A DNA stretch of 34,259 nucleotides from Octopus bimaculoides (taxonomy: Eukaryota), in contig NC_068989.1 in assembly GCF_001194135.2 (NCBI RefSeq), positions 16,535,562-16,569,820 on the forward strand, written 5' to 3'. The translations under genes were made by a program, and so were the position numbers. Below, in pieces: positions 21,801-34,259 of the stretch; within the stretch, counting starts at the first letter, position 1; the number at the start of each line of letters is the position of its first letter. Below the pieces are notes generated by a model. That model searched no databases. It was not told where the DNA came from and saw nothing but the letters and a program-made list of their open reading frames with translations.

Positions 21801-22341
21801 GAAACATGTGAAGCGATAGTGACATGGAGCAGTGTATATATTTATACATATATACATACACACACATATATATATATATAGCAAACTGATACACACACAC
21901 ACAGACAAGGACGCATGCACGCATCCGCACACGCGTACGCACACATATATATGAGTGTGAACCGAACATGAAACGAAAGCAAAATCTAGGACAGATCTAA
22001 CACTTCTCATACATTTCTGTTACTCATCATTGCATATTCATGTGTGTGTATACGTGCGTGCGAGTGTATATGTGTGTGTGTAATGTGCGTGCAAGCATGT
22101 TTGCGTATCTGCATACATCCATCTTTCTATCTGTCTGTTTATAAATTCGTAAGACCGTCAAGGTAGACAGCTATATCATTTTCTTTCTATATATCTGGCT
22201 TTCTTACAGTATTTTCCATTTTTCTGTCTATCCTAGCAAGCTGTTTTAGCGAGCTAGCTAGCTCAAATGTTATCTTATAGGTAGCTAGATAGTCTTGTTA
22301 ATGAGCAAGTTAACTAACAAGTAAGTCATCCATACATCTAA

Positions 22342-22535
<194 letters not shown>

Positions 22536-22776
22536 GCATCTATATAGGTATTTAATGAGAATATTAATAGGTATATGGATAGCAAAATTTTTAACTGACT
22601 TAAATATGTGTACACACACACACACATATATGAATATATAAACACACACACGCGCACGCATGCATGAAGATCACACACATAGATACATACAGAATTATGT
22701 GTTTATGTTGAACATATACGTATGTATGTATGTATATTTATATATATACACACGCAGACACATACACATACTCCTG

Positions 22777-22832
<56 letters not shown>

Positions 22833-23500
22833 AACACACCTTTGTATATTCCCTCTTCTTCTTAATTTTCTTCCTCTACCCCACTATCTCTCTCTTTCTC
22901 TCCCCTCGCCTGTACATGTCCCCACACACAAACGCGCACTCCCCAGTGCCATTATTTCTTTTCACCTCACAACCCCAGCTGTCTGTCTACCTTTACATAT
23001 TTACATGTTTATTTTACTGCCTTACCTAACCAAAGCCCGCCTAACCTATCCTATCGCTTTTGTACATACGTTACCATTTTTGTAGACAAAGCTTAGTGTG
23101 TGTGTGTGTGTATATATATATATATGCATGCATGCATGCATTTATGTGTGTATCTATGTATGAATGTGTGTATGAGGATGGTGGTGTTGGTAGTGGTGTG
23201 GATGGTGATGATGGAGTGACAGAATACCCACTCCACCGTACCCTATGTCAGACAGCTCACAGACGGATTTGCTTTTATTTCTGAAGTTCCACACAGCAGA
23301 AATATTTTCACTAACAAAACTAAGTTTACAACAAACTGCCTAATTCCATTGGTTGTTTGTTTTTGTTGTTGTTCTTCACCCCCACCACCTTGTTTTCGCC
23401 TTGTTTCCCTCTATCTCCATATTGCCTCTCTATTCAACTTGAATATCTATAGAACTACATTCCCCATCTCTATCTCTTCACCTACCTATTCACCTATCCC

Positions 23501-23532
<32 letters not shown>

Positions 23533-24120
23533 NNNNNNNNNNNNNNNNNNNNNNNNNNNNNNNNNNNNNNNNNNNNNNNNNNNNNNNNNNNNNNNNNNNN
23601 NNNNNNNNNNNNNNNNNNNNNNNNNNNNNNNNNNNNNNNNNNNNNNNNNNNNNNNNNNNNNNNNNNNNNNNNNNNNNNNNNNNNNNNNNNNNNNNNNNNN
23701 NNNNNNNNNNNNNNNNNNNNNNNNNNNNNNNNNNNNNNNNNNNNNNNNNNNNNNNNNNNNNNNNNNNNNNNNNNNNNNNNNNNNNNNNNNNNNNNNNNNN
23801 NNNNNNNNNNNNNNNNNNNNNNNNNNNNNNNNNNNNNNNNNNNNNNNNNNNNNNNNNNNNNNNNNNNNNNNNNNNNNNNNNNNNNNNNNNNNNNNNNNNN
23901 NNNNNNNNNNNNNNNNNNNNNNNNNNNNNNNNNNNNNNNNNNNNNNNNNNNNNNNNNNNNNNNNNNNNNNNNNNNNNNNNNNNNCTATATATTTATATTT
24001 TATACTGTGAAACTTAATTTAATTTTAATTTTTAATAAATTGAATTTAATTGAGTTTTTACCTGTAAATTTGGATTTTTATCCCTAATAATATTATATAT
24101 ATATATATATTTATACACAC

Positions 24121-24206
<86 letters not shown>

Positions 24207-24446
24207 TATTTCGTATTATATTATATTAAAAATGTAGAATATTAACTAAAAATGAAGCAAGCAATCTACACAGGTATAGAAAGTTTTCATGCTGAATTTC
24301 AGTTTCAGTAAATAAATAAATAAATAAATAAATAAATATTAACTGCACATACACAGACATATTCATATCCTCTTACTAGTGATCTGTTTAGCTAACTAGG
24401 TTTATATACCCCTACCTCTTTATAAGTGTGTGCATGTGAAAATGTA

Positions 24447-24478
<32 letters not shown>

Positions 24479-24484
24479 ATATAT

Positions 24485-24901
24485 AGGCATGACTGTGTGA
24501 TAAGAAGCTCACTTCCCAACCACATGGTTCTGGGTTCAACCCCACTGCATGGCACCTTGGGTAAGTGTCTTCCACTATATAGCCTCAGGCTGACAAATGC
24601 CTTGTGAATGGATTTGGTAGAGGGAAACTGAAAGAAGCCTGTCATATATATCATATATACATATATATTTATGTGTGTTTGTTTTTGTGTCTATGTTTGT
24701 CCCCTTTACCGTCACTTGACAACCGATACAGGTGTGTTTATGTCCCCGGAACTTAGCAGTTCAGCAAAACAGACCGATAGAATAAATACCAGGCTTACAA
24801 AGAATAAATCCTGGGCTCGAATTTCTTTGACTAAAAGGTAGTGCTCCAGCATGGCTGCAGTCAAATGACTGAAACAAGTAAAAGAATAAAAGAATAAAAG
24901 A

Positions 24902-24902
<1 letters not shown>
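24485..24902 (+). mobile_element. Full-length tRNA-derived SINE (family A)
   Basis: A-box-like tgactgtgtgataag, B-box-like gggttcaacccc, an internal TA/TG microsatellite, a 3' body shared with 322-520, and an (AAGAATAA)n tail. Confidence 0.85.
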
Positions 24903-24942
<40 letters not shown>

Positions 24943-25849
24943 TCCATCTGTCTGTTCATATTTCTATATATTTATTCACCTACCTACCAATATACCTATG
25001 TCCTTTGTTTTTTACCTTTCTTAAAAAATATTCTGTTGTTTTCTGCTCAAGATAGTTTAGATGTTAAATTTTCCACCACCATCATCATCATCATATTCAC
25101 CGCATTCATCATTCTCAGAAACAGCAACAAAGTCTACATCAATCACATAATAACAGTAAGTAACTAACAATAAACACAAACAAAAACACAAAGAACACAA
25201 AGAAGAGCAGCTTCAACAATAACAACAGCAACTACTATAACAACAACAACCCTAAGAAAAACAAAAGAGAAAGACATCTAATTGTGGAACTGAAGCAACA
25301 AATAAATATTTGAGAACGAGAAGAAATAGAAGAAGAGTAGGAGTAGGAGGAGAAGTCTGAGGAGGAGAGAAAGAGAGAGAAAAAAATAGGGGTTGTGGAA
25401 TTCTTTGAAATAGTGAAGAAAAAGTCTGGAAACATTAAGCCTGTGTGAGTTAGCAGTTCGTCCAAGAGTTACAAAATGGTAAGTCAGTCATGTTTGTATA
25501 CACATTACATTACATGCACATATACCTACCTAGATATANNNNNNNNNNNNNNNNNNNNNNNNNNNNNNNNNNNNNNNNNNNNNNNNNNNNNNNNNNNNNN
25601 NNNNNNNNNNNNNNNNNNNNNNNNNNNNNNNNNNNNNNNNNNNNNNNNNNNNNNNNNNNNNNNNNNNNNNNNNNNNNNNNNNNNNNNNNNNNNNNNNNNN
25701 NNNNNNNNNNNNNNNNNNNNNNNNNNNNNNNNNNNNNNNNNNNNNNNNNNNNNNNNNNNNNNNNNNNNNNNNNNNNNNNNNNNNNNNNNNNNNNNNNNNN
25801 NNNNNNNNNNNNNNNNNNNNNNNNNNNNNNNNNNNNNNNNNNNNNNNNN

Positions 25850-25881
<32 letters not shown>

Positions 25882-26557
25882 TAAATATCATTATATATAG
25901 AAGTATATGTTCGTATATATACCTTTATATATATTTATACATCATTATATATATATATATGGTATTTTCCTGGTATCCTGAATACTTTTGTGCAAAGTGA
26001 TTAACAAGAGGGCTCAATAAAAATACAAACAGAATCAAGTGTAAAGAAGCAAAACATAAAAGTATATAAAGAGACATAAATACAATTAGTACAATAAAAT
26101 CCACCTATATATTAATATAGTGAAATAACTATAATACATACATACATACATACATACATACATACATACATACATAAATGTGTTGTGTATACATGCACAC
26201 ACATGCATATAGATACAGATACATATATACATGTTTAAATACACACACACATACATACATATATACACACATACACACACACACACACACACATATCTTC
26301 ATACATATACCTTATGGTGTATGTATACACATATACATACATCACACACGCGCGCGTGCGCATACATGTTTACTATGAGAGAGATATACACATATGTGTA
26401 TGTAAGCATTTGACTATATTTGTATGTACCTATATATATACCGTATGACTTATAAATGTGTATAGGCATGTGTGTATTTCATTTAGTATATAAGTATATA
26501 CACATGCATTGATACATGCATATATACATACATCATATATATATACATACATACATA

Positions 26558-26725
26558 CCACTCTCTGAGTGGTTGGCGTTAGGAAGGGCATCCAGCTGTA
26601 GAAACTCTGCCAAATCAGACTGGAGCCTGGTGTTGCCATCCGGTTTCACCAGTCCTCAGTCAAATCGTCCAACCCATTCTAGCATGGAAAGCGGACGTTA
26701 AACGATGATGATGATGATGATGATG
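26558..26725 (+). mobile_element. Non-LTR retroposon 3' tail (RTE-type-like) ending in (GAT)n
   Basis: ggcgttaggaagggcatccagctgtagaaactctgcc...catggaaagcggacgttaaacgatgatgatg. The RTE assignment rests on recognition of the tail only. Confidence 0.6.
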
Positions 26726-26837
26726 TATATATATATATATGTATACATGTATATATGTAAGTATGAATGTATATATGCATGTATGAATACATATATGCAT
26801 GTATGAATACATGTGTATACATATCATGTACATACAT

Positions 26838-26921
<84 letters not shown>

Positions 26922-27680
26922 ATACATACATATACACATGCATATATACACATGCATATATATAATACACACACATATTTACGTATATATACACACACAG
27001 ACATACATATACAGATGTATGTACATGTATGATATATATACATATTCATATATGTATATGTATATTATACAATATTATACCTCAAATCTACATCATGGAT
27101 GAGTCATGTTAATCTCACGATAACTATTATATTCACTTTTGTATATCTCTTAACTGTATCGTATATACAATAACATGTCAAAAAAACTTTCGCCATGCTT
27201 CTGCAAGTTAATCACTAATCAAATTGTTCAAAATTATGTATTATACATGAATTTTTATTACAGTTATTATACACACCAGTTCTTTTCCTTGTTCCTTGGG
27301 GACACTACCACCCTTTTGAGAATATTGTATATACCATCTATATTTTCATTCATCCTGTTTTTTATATAAACCCCCAACACATCTTGTGTTGGGGGTCCAT
27401 ATACTGTTTACTCAGCATCATCATCACCATCATCATCATCATCATATTATTATTACTATTATTATTATTATCATTATTATTGATAAGGGAACATATTATT
27501 TTTATTATCCTTATTATTATGTTGTTTTTTTCCTTCTTTCTTCAAATTTTCTTCCATTTCTCGCCGAGTGTTTTCCGTACACCTAGGGCAGAGAAACTCG
27601 TTGTATGCAATCCCAGTTTACACACGCAAATTCACAGGTAAACCATGTATTTAAAAAAAAATTAAAATAAAAAATAAAAA

Positions 27681-27721
<41 letters not shown>

Positions 27722-27859
27722 NNNNNNNNNNTTATTATTATTATTATGACTATCCCCCAAATACAACAATATCTGTTTCAACACATGATTTCACATCAAG
27801 AATCTTGCAAAACGAATATATAAATGTAATTATTATTATTATTATCATCATCATCATCA

Positions 27860-27933
<74 letters not shown>

Positions 27934-27937
27934 GGTA

Positions 27938-28675
27938 AGGTAGTGAGCTGGCAGAATTGTTAGCATACCAGGCAAAATTAGTCTGTCCTTATGTTCTGAG
28001 TTCAAATTCCACCAAGGTCAACTTAGCCTTTCATCCTTTTTGGATTAATGAAATAAGTAGCAGTTATGCACTGGGGGGGGGGGTCGATGTAATTAACTTG
28101 CTCCCTCCCCCAACATTTCAGGTTTTGTGCCTATAGTAGAAAGGATTATTATTGCTGTAGTAGTAGTAGTAGTAGTAGTAGTAGCAGCAGTAGCTGTTGT
28201 TGTTGTTGTTGTTGTTGCGGCTGTTAGGCCATGAGCTGACAGAATTGTGAGCACATCAGACAAATTGCATAGTTGTATTTCTTCCGGCTCTTTTTGAGAT
28301 CAAATTCCGCCTAGTTAACCTTGCCTTTCATTCTAACCCAGTCTATAAAATAAAGGATTTTATCAAATACTGGAAATGATATCAACGACCAGCACCCTGC
28401 CCCGCCTAGACAGAAGTTTCAGTTCCCGTGCCTAAAGTAGAAAAGTTTATTATTATTGCTGTTATTGTTGTTGTTATTATTTAGGTCGGTGGATTGGTAG
28501 AATCGTTAGAGGGCCAGAAGAAATACCTCGCAGTATTTCTTATGGTTCTTTACGTCCTGAGTTCAAATTCTGCCAAGGTCAACTTTGCCCTTCACCTTTC
28601 TGGAGTTGATAAAATAAGTACAACTCTAAAACTGAGCTCAATGGTGTTCACTCATTTCCCCCGCTCAAAATCATT
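27938..28675 (+). mobile_element. Head-to-tail cluster of three family B SINE copies
   Basis: Copies at ~27938-28152, 28226-28455 and 28483-28675, separated by (ATT)n, (GTA)n and (GTT)n. Confidence 0.8.
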
Positions 28676-29558
28676 ATACGCAATACATAAATGTGTGTGT
28701 GTATAAGAAGTAGTGCCAGCGCAAGTGTATCAGTGTGTTTATAAGATAACATGAATTACAGTCTCATTACTAACTGCTTCTGTGTAGCCAACATTATATC
28801 TGTGTAAGAGAAACTATCCATATACCTGTTTCTCTATCTTTCGACGTGTGTACTGCGTGTACGCGCGCGTATGTGTGTGTAGTTTCAAAATTAACGTTGA
28901 AAACAGCAACACTGGTTGGCGCTCAATGGAAGGTAAGAAAGTAGATGAGTCTTTGACGTTTCGACATTACACTCTTTTTCGAAAAGTTAAATAGAAGAAT
29001 AGAAGCATATGAAAGAAACAAAGAGATGCCTGTTGGTCACGGACTGGCAGTAATAGAAAAACTAGAGAGAGTTTTTAGACAATTGTCACAAGGGAAATAA
29101 CTGAGTACATATGCATGCGTAATGTATTTGTGTGTCCTCTTTACAAAGGCGGGCGCATAAGTGTGTTTAAGGGAGATAACTGTGAGTCAGTACGAAAATT
29201 ATGTGTGATAAACTTTATAAGCGCGCTCGGGTTTCTATGTATGTGTTCACATGCTATTTAGGTGTATGCGTTTTTATTTCAGTCTTAATGTGTGCTTTGT
29301 GTAATTAGCGTATTTGAATATATAGGTAGGATGTTACATTTACGAAGAGTGTGTGTGTGTTCGTGTGTGTGTGTGTGTGGTGTACATATGTGGGCGCGTG
29401 CATATTTTGCGCGCGTGTATATGTGTGTGTGTTTGTTTGTGGTGTACATGTGTGGGTGCGTTCCCGTTTGTGCGTGTGTTAGCTGTATTTAGATGAATGT
29501 GTTGGTGCTATGTGGAGTAGGTGTGTGTATCTAATCTGTCATTATTGTGTGTGTGTGT

Positions 29559-29608
<50 letters not shown>

Positions 29609-30192
29609 GGTATACTCATGAAGGTGTTGAGAAAGTGAGATGAAACTTGAATATCTTTCAATTTGTGAATACTGGGGCCGAGTATGTAGTGACAGAAAGT
29701 AAGGATTTAGAAAAAACAAATTGTAGTAGATTTCCATTTTTTTATATATGCACTGTACAAGCATACTTTTAAACTTGATGACATCTGAATCTGTCAGAGG
29801 CTGTGGCAGTGACAAGTTTATACTAAATCAAAGAAGGTGATTCGGTATATCAGTTATCTGCAATCTCCGTCATCTAAAATATTCGTAAAATAAAACTCTA
29901 TTTCTATGCGACTCCACCGCCACCCTAGTGTGTGTTTGTTGGAAACTCTAAAATATCTGCCATAATTCTGAAGTCTGATGAAAACGGTGGAGTGCAAACT
30001 GTTCCGTTAATTAACTAATTGATTAATTAATTAATTATTGTATGATTTTACGTAGATAAATACATACACACCGATGTAAAGCGATAAAATAGTTGAGCTG
30101 TCCCATTTGTAATGATCGTAAACTTAAAGTCTTCACTTTTTCGTCACATACACACATACATACAAGCTTACCCACCTATACATACGTATGTT

Positions 30193-30230
<38 letters not shown>

Positions 30231-30567
30231 CATATATATAATTCGAATTTACGGTAAACAAAGATGAAAACAGGTGAAGTAATGAGAAACAGATATATTA
30301 GTTTAACGCTCAGGAAGAACGGAAAAGTATTTTATGTTTCGAGCCTACGCTCTTCTTCGCAGAAAGGATTTTGAGAAAAAGAGAGGAGAGAGAACGAAAA
30401 ACAAAACGAAGAGAGAAAAAAAAACTGTGTAGGAATTAAAGGTTCAACATTATGTATGTATGTATGTATGTATGTACGTATGTATGTATGTATGTATGTA
30501 TGTTTGCATGTATGTATGCATGCATGCATCTATGTATATATATGTATGTATGTACGTATGTACGTAT

Positions 30568-30605
<38 letters not shown>

Positions 30606-30633
30606 ACACACACATTAGTTAGGAAAGAAGGTT

Positions 30634-31309
30634 ATGTCCAAAACAAGTTACAGGGCCTCCGACCCTAATGAGAGAAAAGGAAAGAGGAAGAATGTTTGCA
30701 ACTGACGAGGCAGATGGCAGTGTTAAACCAGACCTGCATGCATGCATACATACATACATACATACATACACACACACGTAGTACATACATACATACATAC
30801 ACACACGTAGTACATACATACATACAGACACACACACGTAGTACATACATACATACACATACACGTAGTAAGTACATACATACATACATACATACATTCA
30901 TACATACATACATACACACACACGTAGTACATACATACATACATACATACATACACACACATGTAGTACATATATACATACACACACACACATACATTTA
31001 GTACATACATACATACATACACACACACGTAGTACATACATACATACANNNNNNNNNNATGTCCAAAACAAGTTACAGGGCCTCCGACCCTAATGAGAGA
31101 AAAGGAAAGAGGAAGAATGTTTGCAACTGACGAGGCAGATGGCAGTGTTAAACCAGACCTGCATGCATGCATACATACATACATACATACATACATACAT
31201 ACACACACACGTAGTACATACATACATACACATACACGTAGTACATACATACATACACATACACGTAGTAAGTACATACATACATACATACATACATTCA
31301 TACATACAT
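30634..31309 (+). repeat. Near-identical duplication flanking a 10-N gap (30634-31048 vs 31059-31309)
   Basis: Identical unique ~105-bp start (atgtccaaaacaagttacaggg...ccagacctgcatgc), then microsatellites differing in length. Confidence 0.9.
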
Positions 31310-31656
31310 NNNNNNNNNNNNNNNNNNNNNNNNNNNNNNNNNNNNNNNNNNNNNNNNNNNNNNNNNNNNNNNNNNNNNNNNNNNNNNNNNNNNNNNNNNN
31401 NNNNNNNNNNNNNNNNNNNNNNNNNNNNNNNNNNNNNNNNNNNNNNNNNNNNNNNNNNNNNNNNNNNNNNNNNNNNNNNNNNNNNNNNNNNNNNNNNNNN
31501 NNNNNNNNNNNNNNNNNNNNNNNNNNNNNNNNNNNNNNNNNNNNNNNNNNNNNNNNNNNNNNNNNNNNNNNNNNNNNNNNNNNNNNNNNNNNNNNNNNNN
31601 NNNNNNNNNNNNNNNNNNNNNNNNNNNNNNNNNNNNNNNNNNNNNNNNNNNNNNNN

Positions 31657-31691
<35 letters not shown>

Positions 31692-31830
31692 ACACATACA
31701 GTCACATACACACACACACACACACAAGATATAAATAGAGAGAGAAAGGGTAGAAGGGTAATTGTAACGGGTGTTAGCCGTGAGCATATTTATGTCTGTT
31801 TGCAAAAGTCTTTGCGTGCACACGTATAGA

Positions 31831-32589
31831 CAGTAATCCATCGCCATATCGCGGTTCACCTATCGCGGTTTATTATTTAAGCTTACGTCGATTCCTCTGT
31901 GGTGTTGTTTTACATATATAATAAAATAATTATATACCAATTGTAAAAATAATTTTGGATCTTTTTTAAAACGGGGGCCACATTTTTCATTAACGAAACA
32001 CTTTGAAACTTGGAACACTGGTAGAATGTGTCATATAAAACATCTTTTTCTCTTAGTCTTCTTTAAAAAAAAAAAAGAAATCCATAAGTTATTCCATGTT
32101 AAAGTTGTCGTATTTCTGTAATTTCCACCAATCACTGACGTCCATTCAGCCGATATACATTAAGTGCCGACTACATAAACAAACGATTCTGAANNNNNNN
32201 NNNNNNNNNNNNNNNNNNNNNNNNNNNNNTATGGAGATTAAATACGCTTTACATCGCTTAATCAGCCAAAGGAGTAAATATAAACAACTGAATACTTGTC
32301 AGTGATTGGTTGAAATTATCGAAATAAAACAATTTTTTACATGAAATAAATTCGAATACAAAAATATTTTTCTGTTCTATAACACAAAATAGATAAGTAT
32401 ACGGAGTTTGAAAGTCTTTCCGTACCAAAAACACTACGTAAAACATTAATGAAAAATGTGGCCCCCGTTTTAAAATAGATCCATAATTTTTTTTAAATGT
32501 ACAGTACAGTACTGTTTCTACTTCGCGGATTTTTTACCGATCGCGGGAGGTTTTGGCACGTAACACCTGCGATAGTCGAGAGATTACTG
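31831..32589 (+). mobile_element. pogo/Tigger-like MITE interrupted by a second MITE
   Basis: Left end cagtaatccatcgccatatcgcgg, right end gcgatagtcgagagattactg followed by TA. The paralog is at 14993-15177. Confidence 0.75.
31957..32482. mobile_element. GGATCT-TIR MITE (same family as 6720-7116, opposite orientation)
   Basis: TIRs ggatcttttttaaaacgggggcca / tggcccccgttttaaaatagatcc. Exact 8-bp TSD ataatttt at 31949-31956 and 32483-32490. Confidence 0.88.
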
Positions 32590-32967
32590 TATTAGTTGTA
32601 CAAAACTTCTCATAGTTTGTTGTTGTTGTTGTCGTTGTTGTTGTTCGAGTGAACAGGTCTATGATCTAAGTTATTTTCATCCTACTAGAAATAGCAGCTA
32701 AATCTTTAATCACGCTTTGCTGACTTTGAAGATGACACATTGGATTATGTAGTTCTGGGTAACCTAGTACAAAGGAAAAGATAACCAGATCGCAATTGTA
32801 ATATCTCTGCGTCTCTTGTCCAAGGAGAGGGTTGTCCGAGGGATTTTGTCTTAGCGGGGTTTTGTCCGGATCCCATAAATTAATTGAGACTTTTTTCCTG
32901 TGATTTATTAATAAACAAGAGACACAGTACAAACGGTATCTCTTTCCGAAGGTACATGCGCGGGTTC

Positions 32968-33763
32968 TAACGAAGGTAATGCGGACGTGGACATAATATT
33001 TTTTTATTAACTGATGTAGGGCGTTCAAACTGCACGTCAATGAAGTATCTCATCTCTTATGCAAAAGTACTAGTGAACACAGTCGCCATCGCAAGCCATC
33101 GTTACATCCTGTCTTTAAAAAATTCATGTATGTATTGTTGTACCCACTTCTTACCGGTGTCTTTCACCTCGTCGCTGTGTCATCAAATCCTTATCCCCAA
33201 AGATTGTTCGCTATTAAATCGAACAGATGAAAGTTGGGTGATACCATAGCAGGGTTGCACAAGGAATGGAGACCCACTGACCAGCCTAATTCGCTGATTG
33301 CCTGATTTGTTGTCAAAGATAGATATGCGTTATTGCATATTGTCATAGTGAATATAAATCGTTTTGAGGTTTTTGCTTGACTTCTTCTTCCCAATGTCTT
33401 CTCTTCGTTTTGTGAATGCCTCAATGTACCGTTCGTTGTTCACGGTACAACCACGTTGAGGTCGTCTCTTACTACGTGGTTTGTCTTCAATGCTGGCTTC
33501 CCCTTTTTCAAAGCTTCATCTATGTGCACTCATTGTTCTAGTGAATGGCGTGATTTCCCTGAACAATCTGTAGTCTTCTAAGGATGTCGAACAGCCTGCT
33601 CCCTCCTTCGTCAAGAACTCTATGGCAGCGCGTTGTTTCGTTTTGGAACCCATTATTTACCTACAATGAAAATTAAGAAGAGTTATAATAGAGAAAGAGT
33701 GCAATTTGAACGACATATATCAGTTAATTAAAGAGTTATGCCCACTTTTGCATTACTTTGGTA
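32968..33763 (-). mobile_element. Internally deleted, degraded mariner transposon
   Basis: Minus-strand fragments: MGSKTKQRAAIEFLTKEG (N-terminus), IEDKPRS, TVNNERYIEA, IHYDN (HHDNA motif), AISELGWSVGLH...SPNFHLF (YSPDLAPSDFHLF-like), KKWVQQYIHEFFK. Eroded TIRs acgaaggtaatgcggacgtggacataa / ttatgcccacttttgcattactttggta. Confidence 0.8.
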
Positions 33764-34125
33764 GAGTAACTTTTCCTCTATACAAAAGTACTAATTAACA
33801 GCCGCCATCACAATTGATGCACTTGCACCATCATTCAACTCAAACTCTCGTGTATTTGTATGTGTGTGCACGCAGGTATGCATGCGCATGTGTATGTACT
33901 TGTATGTCTTTATGTATTTGTATACATACATGCATGCATACATACATACATACATACATATATACATACATACATACATACATACATACATGTGTGTGTG
34001 TATGTGCTTTATTTGTGGGTTAACAAGGATACTGTTGGTTTCATGTGGTGAGAAATATTTATTTGTTTATTATTTATATTATTTACATTTGACGGATATT
34101 TGTCCTCATCTTGTTTGTTGTTAAC

Positions 34126-34161
34126 AACGTTTCGGCTGATATACCCTCCAGCCTTCATCAG
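34126..34161 (-). ncRNA. Hammerhead-ribozyme-like motif (minimal type I, Penelope/retrozyme-type) within a repeat
   Basis: Minus strand reads gacac CTGATGA a GGCTG gagggtatat CAGCC GAAACGTT gttaac: both conserved core boxes, a 5-bp stem II, and a palindromic AACGTT helix III. Stem I is only ~2 bp in this copy. Confidence 0.55.
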
Positions 34162-34206
34162 GTGTCTTGGGGAAATTTCGAACGTGGGTTCTCATTCCTA
34201 AGGTAT

Positions 34207-34213
34207 TTTTCGA

Positions 34214-34259
<46 letters not shown>
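34207..34259. repeat. (ATT)n microsatellite
   Basis: Seen directly. Longer (ATT)n/(CAT)n arrays lie at 27415-27485 and 27680-27933. Confidence 0.95.

Noticed and set aside
21172-22010. Poly-Glu/Met, poly-Phe/His and poly-Ser ORFs (150-265 aa)
   Set aside because: Overlapping ORFs in several frames and on both strands arise from stop-free GAA/GAT/GTA repeats. No domain evidence.
27938-28675. Repeat-spacer pattern resembling a CRISPR array
   Set aside because: The units are ~200-bp diverged SINEs with microsatellite spacers in a eukaryotic context, and there are no cas genes.
30634-31309. Apparent tandem duplication
   Set aside because: It flanks a 10-N gap and differs only in microsatellite length, so it is most likely two haplotypes assembled in series.

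Overview
AT-rich eukaryotic draft-assembly window with many N gaps and dense microsatellites (TA, CA, TACA, AGAT, ATT, GAA, GAT). The repeat families resemble those of octopod cephalopods; that assignment is inference from pattern recognition, not a search. One intact protein-coding gene is supported: an intronless, divergent class A (rhodopsin-like) GPCR on the minus strand (4416-5279). The rest is a layered record of mobile elements. There are three tRNA-derived SINE families, fossils of a CR1/L2-type LINE, an L1/Tx1 LINE and a Penelope-like element (RT plus GIY-YIG), a Ty3/gypsy-type LTR with a tRNA-Trp primer binding site, an internally deleted mariner, and pogo/Tigger-like MITEs. There are also several MITEs with GG-ended TIRs and exact 8-bp TSDs (Merlin-like). 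The most notable observations are these GG/8-bp-TSD MITEs (one carrying telomere-type CCCTAA repeats), a hammerhead-ribozyme-like motif at 34126-34161, a ~125-bp hairpin abutting the Penelope-like fossil, and the divergent GPCR. Nearly all other ORFs in the track are translations of microsatellites or N runs. I find no evidence for a wholly new multi-gene system.
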